Source: Myxococcota bacterium
Lineage (GTDB): Bacteria; Myxococcota_A; Polyangia; Nannocystales; Nannocystaceae
Direction: 5' to 3'
Assembly (NCBI GenBank): GCA_039028615.1
Contig: JBCCHT010000026.1
Coordinates: 1-64,000, forward strand
DNA: 64,000 nucleotides
Positions 34,201 to 46,200 of the stretch are shown piece after piece (position 1 is the stretch's first letter; every line of letters begins with the position of its first letter). The translations under genes were made by a program, and so were the position numbers. The notes under the pieces are model-generated. The model worked only from the letters and a program-made list of their open reading frames with translations. It made no database searches and was not told the DNA's origin.

Positions 34201-37200
34201 GGGGTCTCACGATCCGGTTCAGCACGACAGCTCCGATCGACCCGAGCCAGAGGCGACGAAACCCGCGACCACGGGGCCTCGACCCATCGCGGTGATCGGC
34301 ATGTCGGGTCGATTCCCGGATGCCCCCGACCTCGATGCGTTGTGGACGAACCTCGCCGAAGGGCGCAGCAGCGTGCGGGAGATCCCGCGTGAGCGTTGGG
34401 ACGTGGAGCGCTACTACGACCCCGACCATCGTGCGCCCGGCAAGACCCTCAGCAAGTGGGGGGCGTTGTTGGACGACATCGATCGGTTCGATGCGCGGCT
34501 ATTCAACATCTCGCCGATGGAAGCGGAGGTCATGGATCCGCAGCAGCGCCTCTTCCTCGAGCAGGCATGGGCGAGCCTCGAGGATGCGGGCTACGCCTCT
34601 TCGGCGGGGCAGACCTCGTGTGGCGTGTTCGTGGGGTGTGCGGCGGGAGACTACGCCGACCGTCTCGTCGACCACGATCGGCTGAACACGGGCGAGGGCT
34701 TCCTGGGCACGGCGGGGTCGGTTTTGGCGGCGCGGATCGGGTATGTCCTCGACCTCACCGGTCCCACCGTGGCCATCGATACCGCGTGCTCGTCCTCGCT
34801 GGTCGCGTTGCACATGGCGTGTGAGGCGATTCGTAGTCGGCAGTGCTCGATGGCGATCGCGGGTGGCGTTGCGTTGATGGTCACCCCGCACATGCATGTG
34901 CGTACGAGCAAGCTGGGCATCCTGTCGCGGCGAGGCGTTTGTGCTCCCTTCGACATCTCCGCCGACGGCACCGCGCTGGGCGAAGGCGTCGGTGCGGTCG
35001 TTCTCAAGGACCTCGAGCAGGCCATCGCCGACGGCGACCACATCCACGCCGTGGTTCGTGGCTCGGGCATCGGCGGCGACGGTCGAACGAACGGACTGAC
35101 GGCCCCCAACGCACAGGCTCAGGCGTCGCTACTACGTACGACGTGGGAGCGCAGCGGCATCTCGCCCTCCGACATCGACTACATCGAGGCCCACGGCACG
35201 GGGACGGAGCTCGGCGACCCGATCGAGCTCAAGGCGATCGTCGAAGCGATGGGGGAGGACGCGAGCGGAGACCGGCCGTGTGGCGTCGGCTCGTTCAAGT
35301 CCAACGTCGGGCACACCACGATGGCCGCGGGGATCGGCGGGTTATTCCGAGCCGTGCTGGCGATCAAGCACGGCATCGTTCCGCCCACGGCTCACTTCCA
35401 GTCGCTCAACCCCAAGGCCAACCTCGGCGGCACTCGACTGTGCATCGATGCGGTTGCGCGACCGTGGAACCCGGGAGCGGTGCAAGAGCGCGTGGCCACG
35501 GTGAGCGCCTTCGGGTTCTCCGGTACCAACGCTCATGTGGTGGTGTCGGGGGCTCCGCCTCGCCGAGACGGCCTCTCGATGGCCGCCGATCAGCCCGTGC
35601 TCGTGCCCGTGTCCGGGCGAACGACCGAGGCGCTGCGTCAACGAGTGGCCGATCTCGCCGCCGCTCTCGACTATGGGCACGCGGCCGTCGATGTCGCGTT
35701 CAGCCTCGCGGTGGGTCGTAGTCACCTCAATCACCGTGTCGCGTTCGTGGCTCGAGGCGAGGCGGAGCTGCGTCGTGCGTTGTCGTCGTGGTCGCGCCGC
35801 GCCGACGGTGAATCGGCATCCGCGGGATCGATCGCGCCGCCAGACGAGCGTGCCATCGAGGTCGCCACCGCTCGACCGGAGGGCGAGTCGGCACTGCGCG
35901 TGCTGGCTGACGCCTACGAAGCCGGCCGAGACCTCGACTGGTCGCGCGTGTTCGCGGGGCGAGGAGGCCGTCGCGTTCCGCTCCCGACCTACCCTTTCGA
36001 AGACCAGCGCTTCTGGCTCTCGGAGCGGACTTCGGTCGAACCTTCGACGGATGCGCAGACCTACGCGACCACTCACTATCGGGTGGCCGCGCGTGACGAG
36101 TGGGTGGCCGACCATCGGGTCGCGGGGCGATCGTTGGTCCCGGGCGCGGCCTGCATCGCGTGGGTGGCTTCGGCGATCGAGGCTTCGTCGTTCGAGATCC
36201 AAGGCCTGCGATGGCTCGAGCCGCTGGTGGTGGACGATGTCCTCGAAGTCGCGTTGACCACGGGGACCGGACAGGGCGGGACGGGATTCCGCCTCGAGAC
36301 GCGCGGGGGCACGGCACATGCGACGGGCCGCGTTCGCTCGGGGACTTCGAGTTCGCCTGAGCCAGTTCGTGATCTCGACCACGTCTTCCGCCGTTGCTCA
36401 CGGATGCTGGACGGCGCAGATGTCTACGCCGCCTTCGTTCAGTCGGGCCTCGAGTACGGACCGTCGTACCAGGGCCTCGAGGAAGTACGGCTGGGCACGG
36501 GCGAGGCACTGGGTCGTATTCGTCTCGGCCGTGGGTCTCGAATCGACGGTGTGGGGGCACTGGACCCACGACTCCTCGACGTCGCCTGGCAGGCGATCGC
36601 AGCGCTGACTTGGGACGAGGCTCGCACCTCTCTGGTGCCGTTCTCCGTCGACTCTATCGTGGTCTTCGATGTGACTGCACCCGTCGCGTACTCCCACGTT
36701 CGCCGAATCGATGCATCACACTTCGACGTGGAGCTCCTGGATGCGACGGGGCAGGTGTCGATCCGCTGCGAAGGCATGCACTTGCGCGCAGTGGCTCCGC
36801 CCAGGCGGAGGTCGAGCTATCGACCCACGTGGCAGCCGTGCCCGACTCCGCCAGAGCCGACCACCACCACCACCACGAACATCACTGTGATCCACGAGGA
36901 TCGCGACGAGCCGTTGGTCGAGGCCGTGCGGCGGGCCGCGGGAGGCTCGTCGGTGAACGCCGTATCACTGTGGGAGTCGTCGTCCGCATTGGAGCGCGCG
37001 CTGCGGGACAGCGAGGCGATCTTGGTCGTCGCTGGCTCGAGCCGTCCCGAGGGAGCGGGCCCGGCCGAGCTGGGGAGTGCGGCGCTGCGAGTGACCAAGG
37101 CGCTGTTCTCCGCGGGGCGCCGTCGCGCTGCGTTGGCCCTCACCTTCGTCGTGAGGAACGCGTGCGCACTCGAGGGAGGAGAGCGACCTCAGCCGCGGGC

Positions 37201-40200
37201 CGCCACCTGGATCGGCCTGAGTCGTGTCATCACGGCGGAGGTCTCGCGATGGCATGTCACGTGTGTGGACATCGGCTCCGAGCCCGCAGATGAGCGGCTC
37301 GCTCGCGCGCTCGTCGACGGTCCACCTCATCCACTGTCCGCGATCCGCCAAGGCGCATGGCATCGACCTGCGTTCTCCAGCATCGACCTCGTGCCGCCGC
37401 AGCCCGGCCGTGGGTTCGAGCGGGGAGGGGTGTATCTCATCGTGGGCGGGGCAGGGGGGATCGGTCATGCCATCTCCCGGGAGCTGGCCACGCGCTACCG
37501 AGCGACGATCGCTTGGGTGGGGCGGCGTCCGCTGGATGCCGCGATCGAGCAGCAGATCCTCGAGATCGAGAAACTCGGCGGCCGTGCCCTCTATCAGTCG
37601 GCCGACGTCTCCGACGCCGACGCTTTCGAGGCCGCGGTGACGCGTCTCGAGGCACAGGTCGGCCAGTTCCACGGCGCGATCCACTGTGCGGCCGTGTTCT
37701 CCGATCGATCCCTCATCGCGATGGAGGAGGGCGACTTCCGAGCCGTGCTCGCGCCGAAGGTCGCGGGGGCCGAGGTCTCGTCTCGCGTGTTCTCGCGTCG
37801 GCCGCTGAAGTTCATGGTGTTCTTCTCGTCGGCGGCATCGTTCGTCTTCGCGGGGGGCCAGGCCAACTACGCGGCGGCCAGCACCTTCCTCGATGCACAC
37901 GCCGCCTCGCTCGACCTGCCGTTCCCGGTCTCGGTCGTGAACTGGGGCTACTGGGGCAGCGTCGGGGCGTTTGCCGACGAGGACCATCGGCGGCGTTTCG
38001 AGGCGCTGGGGGTCGAGCCGCTGAACCCCGAGGTCGGGATGGACGCGTTGGAGCGAATCGTCGCGCAACGAGTGCCGCAGGTCCTGGTCCTCGACGCTCC
38101 GCGTGAGCGTCTGGCGAGCTTTGGGATCGATGTGGTGGAGCCGGCGGCTGCTACACCGCGGTCGACCATGCCCGCGGCGGCCGCAGTCGCATCTTCGTCG
38201 TCCTCGGTGGCGGCACCCGCCGTGCTTCGGTACGTCCGGGAGATCTTCGCCGAGGTGCTCAAGTACTCGGTCGATGAACTCGATCCTCAGTCCACCTTCG
38301 AGGCTTTTGGTGTGGACTCGCTCGTCGGAGCGAAGGTTGTCGATCGCCTCGCGGAGGACGTCGGCGAGCTACCGGCCACGTTCCTGTTCGAGCACATGAC
38401 CATCGCATCGGTCGCCGATGCGTTGAGCCAGACCCATGGCGAACCACTGGCGCGAATGCTGGGCGCACCCGAACCGAAGCGCGCCGACGAGGTGGTGGCG
38501 AGGCCTTCGCGGCGACCCGCGGCCGTGCGTGCTCCGGTTTCCGTCGCCACGGACATCGCCGTGGTCGGCGTGAGCGGCCGCTACCCTCGCTCACCCGACA
38601 TCGATGCGTTGTGGCGCAACCTTCGAGACGGGGTCGACTGCATGTCGGAGATCCCCGCCGATCGCTGGAACTGGCGCGACCACTTCGACGGTGAGGAGGG
38701 CCGCGGCATCTATAGTCGCTGGGGCGGCTTCCTCGAGGACGTCGAGGACTTCGACCCGGGCTTCTTCGGAATCTTGCCTCGCGACGCGTCCGAGATCGAT
38801 CCGCAAGAGCGCTTGTTCCTCGAGAACTCGTGGCATCTGCTGGAGCAGGTCGGTCAGGGCAGCAGGGACACCCATGTCTCGCGAACCGGCGTGTTCGTCG
38901 GGGTCATGTACGGGGCGTATGGACAGCTCGCGGCGACGCACTGGCCTCAGGGGCGCTTCCCGGGGGCTCACTCCGCTCACTGGTCGATCGCCAATCGGGT
39001 GTCCTACACGTTCGACTTCCAGGGGCCGAGCTACGCCGTCGACACGGCGTGTTCTTCGTCGCTGACGGCGGTCCATCTCGCGTGCCAGTCGATCCTCGCC
39101 GGGGAGTGCGAGCAGGCCATCGCAGGCGGCGTGAACCTCATCCTGCATCCGGCCCACTACGCGGCGTTGTGCCATCGCCGGATGCTGGCTCGGGACCCGC
39201 ACTGCAAGGTCTTCGACGAGCGCGCCGACGGCTACGTGCCGGGCGAGGGCGTGGGCGCCGTGATGCTCAAGTCGCTGGCACAGGCCGAGGCCGATGGCGA
39301 CACAATCTGGGCGGTCATCAAGGGCAGTCACGTCAACGCGGGGGGCAAGACCAGCGGGTACACGGTGCCCAACCCCAACGCACAAGCGGCGCTGATCGAG
39401 ACGGCGCTGAAGCGCGCCAACGTGGAGCCTCGAACCGTCTCCTACATCGAGGCGCATGGTACGGGCACGGCACTCGGCGACCCGATCGAGGTGGTGGGGC
39501 TGTCGCGAGCGCTGCGAGATCGAGGCGCGATGGAGGCTTGTGCCATCGGATCGGTGAAGGCCAACCTGGGCCACCTCGAAGGCGCGGCCGGCATCGTGGG
39601 GTTGACCAAGGTGCTGCTGCAGCTGAAGCACCGCCAGCTGGCGCCCTGTGTGAATCTGGACAACCTCAACCCTCGCATCGACCTCGATGGAGCGCCGGTC
39701 GAGCCGCAGCGGGCGCTCGCCGACTGGCCACGAGCGAGTGCGTCGACGGACGATCGCGGGGAGCGAGTGAGCCCGCGGCGCGCGGGCGTCAGCTCCTTCG
39801 GAGCTGGCGGAGCCAACGTGCATGTGGTGCTCGAGGAGTACGTGGGCACGCAGGGGGCGGCCGACGCTCCTCGCTCGCCCGTCGACGGACCGTTGCCGTT
39901 CTTGCTTAGCGCACGGTCGGAGCGAGAACTGGACGCACTGGTGACCCGAACCGCCGCATGGGTCGAGGCCGCCGACGTGTCGTTGGAGTCGCTGGTCTAC
40001 ACCAGCCAGATCGGGCGTCGCGAGATGCCGCATCGGATCGCCGTACTCGCGTCCTCCGTGTCCGAGCTCGGACGTCGACTACGCGCCGTCGCCGAGGGCG
40101 ATGCGACCGTCGAAGGCGTGGTCCGAGGAACCTCGGACCATGGCGTCGACCGACGTTCACCGCTGCTGGCCGGCGAGGAAGGCAAGGCGTTCGCCCAGCT

Positions 40201-43200
40201 GCTGATGGATCGCGGTGATGTCTCTCGGGTGGCTCAGGCCTGGGTCGAGGGCCTACCCACGCCGTGGTCTCGCTGGTGGACGGACTCGCATCCTCCTCGC
40301 GCGCCGCTGCCCGGCTATCCTTTCGCGCGCAAGCGCTTCTGGGTCGATCCGGTGGGGATGGACTCCGTGGCTGCGCCGTCGCCCGAGCTTCCGCTTCGGC
40401 ACGAACTCGACATCGATCCGAGTGATCCCATCGTCCTCGAGCACCGCGTCGACGGCACGGCCATCGTGCCGGGTATGGCCTGGCTCGAGATCGTGCGGAG
40501 AAACCTACCGGGTGTGACCGCCGATTCTTCGATCGAGGTCGAGGGGCTCACGTGGCCTACGCCCATGCTCGGGTGGTCGGAAGGCGTGATGACCCTGCAG
40601 CCGCGCGACGATGGCTACGACTTCAGCGTGGAGTCGGTCGTGGGTGATCGCGTGTACGCACGAGGGTACGTGCGTGTGGTGAACCACTTCGATGGTCGCG
40701 TCGAACTGCAGCGGTTGCAGGCCCGCATGCCGGGACGCATCGACTCCAGCGACTTCTACACCCGCGCTCGCGAAGGCGGACTCGACTACGGTCCGACCTT
40801 CCAGGTCATTCGCGACTCGTGGGAGGGGGCCACGGAGGTCCTGATCCGCCTGGAAACGAGCGGTGACGCCCCGCTTCGTGGAGCGAGCCTTCGTCCCGAC
40901 CTTGCCGACGGTCTCGTGCAGGGAATCATCGCGCTCGAGCGCGAGGGTCGATCGTACCTGCCGACGGCGGTGGAACGCATCGTCGCTCGTGGCCCCTGGC
41001 CGTCTCGCGGCTGGGCCCACGTGGTCGAGGTCGAAGCCGCGGCCGGGACCGATGCCCGGTTGAACCGGCGCTTCGACGTCACTCTCGTCGCCGACGATGG
41101 TCAGGTGATGGCCCGGCTCCATGGGGTGACCGCCACCCTGGTCATGGCCAAGCGAGTCACGAAGTCGGACCCGAGCCCGATTGCCGCCCCGCCTGTGGCG
41201 ACCGGTTCGGTGGAAGAGCACCTGGAAGCCGCGTTGCGAGGCATGGCCCGCAGCTTCTTGCTGGTGGAAGAGTCCGATGTCGATCTCGACGCTTCCCTCG
41301 AGGAGCTCGGCTTCGACTCGCTGTCCCTGGTCGACCTGATCGACGAGATCAACGAGAGCTACGGACTCGATCTCGCTCCGCAGGTGCTGTTCGATTGCCC
41401 CACGCTGCGTGCCGTCGGTCGCTACCTGGCCACGAACCACGCCGACGCGGTCGCGTCTTCCATGCCGGCTTCGGTCGCGCTCGAGCCCACCGCTGCCCCG
41501 GTCGTGGCGGAGGTGGTGCTTCCGCAACAGCCGGTCCGGGCCGAGGTCTCGGATGTCGATGAAGCCAGCACCATCGCCATCGTGGGAGCGGCTGCCGTCC
41601 TGCCGGGCTCGGCCACGTTGGACGAGCTGTGGGATCACCTGGTTGCAGGTGACGATCTGGTCGGGCCCGTTCCGCCCGCGCGGATCGAGCTTTATGAGGG
41701 GCTGAACGGGCACAAGGTCTGGGGCGGCTTCGTCGACGACGTCGATCGCTTCGACGCGGCGTTCTTCCGGGTCTCGCCCCGCGAGGCGACGTTGATGGAC
41801 CCGCAGCAGCGCTTGTTCCTCGAGGTCGCGTACCGAGCGGTCGAATCCTCCGGCCATCGGGTGTCCTCGCTCGCCGGCACCCGCACGGGGTTGTTCGTGG
41901 GTGTCGGCACCTCCGACTACGGCGACCTCCTACGCCGCTACGACGTGCCCATTGCGGCCCACTGCGCCACGGGCATCGCTCACTCCATCTTGGCGAACCG
42001 GGTCTCGTTCCTGCTCGATCTGCAAGGCCCGAGCGAGGCGATCGACACCGCATGTTCGAGCTCGCTGGTCGCGATTCATCGTGCGGCGCGAGCCATCCTC
42101 GACGGAGAGTGCGACGTGGCTCTGGCGGGCGGCGTCAACCTGACGCTGAGCCCCGGCTTGTTCCAGGCCTTCACCGACTCGGGCATGCTCAGTCCGCAGG
42201 GGCGCTGCAAGACCTTCGACGCCAATGCCGATGGCTACGTCCGCGGAGAAGGGGCGGGCGCCATCGTCATCAAGACCATGGCGAAGGCGCGAGCGGACGG
42301 AGACGACGTGCTCGCGTTGATTCGCGGCAGTGCCGTCGGTCACGGCGGGCGCACGCAGTCGCTCACCGCTCCGAGCCCTGCGGCTCAGGAGCGGGTGCTC
42401 GTCGACGCCTACCTGGCCGCCGACGTCGACCCTTCAACCGTGTCGTACGTCGAGGCGCATGGCACGGGCACCAAGCTGGGTGATCCGGTGGAAGTCGAAG
42501 CACTGCTGCGAGCCCTTCGACGGCTCGAGCAGGAGCATGGCGGCACGCGCCCGGCGGAGGCCTCGATCGGAATCGGCTCCGTCAAGACGAATATCGGTCA
42601 CTTGGAAGCCGCGGCGGGAATCGCTGGCGTGCTCAAGGTCGTGCTCGCGATGCGTCACCGACAGTTGCCTCCGATGCTTCACTACCGTCGCCTCAACCCT
42701 CACCTGAAGCTGGAGGGATCGCCCCTGTTCGTGCTCGATCAGCTGACGCCATGGGCCGGGCGCACGGACGCCGATGGTCGCCTGGTGCATCGCGCGGGGG
42801 TCAGCTCCTTCGGCTTCGGCGGCACCAATGCCCACGTCGTGCTGGAGGGTCCGCCTGCATCCGAGCGGTCGTCGGGCACCATCCCGGCCGAGGCGCGGTT
42901 CTTGCCGCTGTCTGCACCGAAGGCCAACGGCCTGCGTGACCTGGCCGCCGCGGTGCTGCAGATGCTCGAGCGTGAACCGTCGCTGGAATTGTCGCGCTTG
43001 CTCTTCACCTATCAGTTCGGTCGCGACGCCTTCGATTCACGGGTCGTCATCGCGACACGGGACCGCGACGGCCTGGTCGCGGCGCTCGTGGCCGTAGCGG
43101 CCGGCAATCCCCTGCCAGGGATCGTGTTCCAGCCCGGCGACCAAGGGGCACCCCATGCCGCTGCCTCGTGGCTCGTTGGCGAAGGCTCGCTCGACGAGGG

Positions 43201-46200
43201 GTTATGGCCGAGCCCTCGTCCGACCCGTATCGCGGCTCCCGGGTGCCCGTGGAACCGGACTCGGTTCTGGTTCGAGCGGCCCGATCCAAAGACCCCCGAT
43301 GCGCGCCCCGTGCCTTCGAATGGCCAGGGCAAGCTTCGGCTGGTACCCGCGCGACGCGGGACCCCGGCGCGGGCGAGCGCCGTCTCGTCGAGCGCAGTGG
43401 CGGCCAAGGTTCCCGAGGGGCACAGCGCGACTGGACTGCGTGAATTCATCGAAGGCGAGGTTTCCACCTTGCTCGGTGTCCCTCGAGCCGAGCTTTCCCA
43501 TGAGACCCCGTTCGTCGACTTGGGGTTGGACTCGATCTTCGCGATGCAGCTGATGCGCCGCATCGAGAGCACCTACGGTGTCGAGCTGGCGACCTCGGAG
43601 ATCTACGATCACGACACCATCGCACGCCTAGCCACGTTCGCGGCCGCGCAGTGCGAGCAAGAGTCGAGCCCCGCCGAGCCGATCGCAGCCTCGGACCAAT
43701 CCGTGACGGACTCGTCCGAGATCGAGAGCGCCGCCAATGCGGACCCCACCGACCCGAACGCGGCCGACGGAGAGTTCGTGGAGGCGCAATCGCTTCTGCT
43801 TCGGAGGTTCGAGTCGGTCCTCGATCGGCCCGTCGCCACCGACGTGCCGTTCTCCGAGCAGCTCAGCTCCTTCGACATGCTCCGGGTCATCGCTGACCTC
43901 GAGCGTCGACTGGGGACGCTGCGCAAGAACCTGCTGTTCGAGTACCCGACCGTCCCCGCGCTCACTCTGCACCTCGTGCGAGACCACGGCGCAGACCGCT
44001 TCGGTGAGGAAGAGCAGGGTGAGAACCAGCCCAACGCGGGAGCCTCGCTGCTCAGCGAGGGCCTCGATGAGCCGGGCCCGTGGCTGCTGGCCAAGACGGT
44101 GGTGCGGGCAAACCCGCGGCTCCAGGCCGAGTTCACCGAACTCGAAGGTCGCCACGGCAAAGAGGGAGGCCTGCCCAACCGAGACATCTCCCCCTTGGTG
44201 TTCCTCGACTCGGCGCGTCGCGGGTACTTCAACTGTGCGCGTCGAGGCGAGGTCCTGTTCGCGTTCAGCAGCGTCGCGTCCGAGGAGGACTTCCCCGCGC
44301 TCGTCCGTGACTTCGTGACCTTCGCCCAGCGCAACGGCCTGGCGCCCAACTTCCTCTCCGTGCTCCCCATGGAGGAGGCGGGCGGCGTTCGGCTCAGCGC
44401 GACGCCCTTCGGTGTGGTCCAGCGGCTGCCGGAGCTCGCGTCCTTCGTGACGACCGGGAAGGCGAAGCGGCAGCTTCGCTACATGCTGCGGAACTTCACC
44501 CGCGATCGTACGTGCCGCACCGTCGAGTACCAGGTCGGGACCTCGACCGAGACGGATCGACAGATCGGCGAGATGATCGATCGCTGGTGCGAGACCAAGC
44601 GCATGATCAACCCCTACGTCCATCGGGTTCGAGAAGAACTGGTGGCGGGGCGCCTCGATGAGCGTCATCGGTTGTTCCTGACCTACGCCGATGACGCGCT
44701 GGCCAACGTGGTCATCTTGACCTCGATTCCCTCGGAGAACGGGTATCTCCTCGACCTCGAGTTCTACCCCGCGGAATTCCAAGGCGGCCTCGAGTTCGCC
44801 CTGGTGCGGCTATTCGAGCTGCTCCAGGAAGAGGGATGCACCATGTTCAGCTTTGGTGGGACGTTCGGGGTGAAGGCCACCGACTCGGCCAACGCCGATC
44901 CGCAAACCGAAGCGGACCTCGAGCAACTGCGGGAAGACGGGATCTTCGACGGGCGCGGCAACTACCAGTTCAAGAACAAGTTCCGCCCCGACAACGTGCC
45001 GATCTACCTGTGTCGACCGCTGGAGCCTGCGGCCACGCCCGTCGCGGAGATCATCCTGATGATTGCGTCACCCACCGTCGGCGCGACGAAGTCGACGGGG
45101 GAGTCGCCCGTGGCTCCCGTGTTGGGTGGCGAGGACGAGGCCGAGCGGCAGCGTCTGCTGGAGGACGTCGGTCACAACCCGCTGGTGCTCCCGGCGGCCG
45201 CGGTGCCCCTCGATCTGTCCACCGACTCGTGGGCGGAGATCGAGGAGGGTTTCGTGGCCGAGCGCATGAGCACCTTGCGGAGCCTGCCGCGGGGTGAGCA
45301 ACAGGCACCCCACCCCTTGCCCTTCCGGCACGTGTTCTCGGCCCCATCCGGTCGGGACGCCGAGGCGATGTTCTGCGGGGCGATGTCTCGTCGGCGCGGG
45401 GTCGTGCTCACCAACGGTCTGTTTCCCACGTGGTCGCTGAACCTCGTCGAGGCGGGCCTGGAACCCCACGTGCTGCGACCCAGCGAGACCAGTGGACGCT
45501 TCCGTGCGGACGTCGACCTCGAAGACTTGGTGGGTCAGCTCGCCACTCGACCCGGCGACATCGCCTTCGTTTGCCTGGAGCTGAGCAACAACGCGGGCGG
45601 CGGTCATCCGCTGTCCATCGCCAATCTCCGGGCCGTGCGTGAGCAGCTGGTGGTCCACGGTATTCCGCTAGTGCTCGATGCGACCCGCTTGCTCGAGAAC
45701 GCATACTTCGTGGCCGAGCACGAGACCGGTCGGGACAGCGATGACGTGTGGGCCGTGGCACGCGAGATGTTGGCGCTCGCGGACAGCATCACGCTGAGCC
45801 TGTCCAAGGATTTCGCCACCGACTACGGCGGGGTCGTGGCTACGCGGGATCCCAAGCTGGTGACGGCGCTGCACGAGCGTCGGGCCATGCGGGGTAACGA
45901 AGTCAACGCGAGCAACCGGCGACTGATCGAGGCAGCGCTGGCTCGTCCCGCCGAGGTCGCTCCGTTGGTACGAGCACGGATGGACGCGGTCGCGGGACTG
46001 TGGAGCGCGATGCGGGAGCGGGGCCTCCCCGTGCCGGAGCACACCGCGGGCCACTGCGTCGTGCTGGACGTCTCTGCGCTGCCGGCCTTCGCCTCGCTGC
46101 GCAATCCCCTGCCCGCGTTCGTGGCGGAGCTGTATCGCCAGGGAGGCGTTCGGGTGGCGCCGCACCTCGTCCCGGAGAGCTCGCCGATGTCGGGCCACGT

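Noticed and set aside
36855..36880. Short (ACC)n repeat
   Set aside because: Encodes an in-frame Thr run in an interdomain linker; no sign of phase variation.
23110..42850. Recurring similar DNA segments (GAGGCxCAxGGxACxGG, GATCCGCAGxAGCG)
   Set aside because: These are conserved KS motifs in paralogous domains, not repeat elements.
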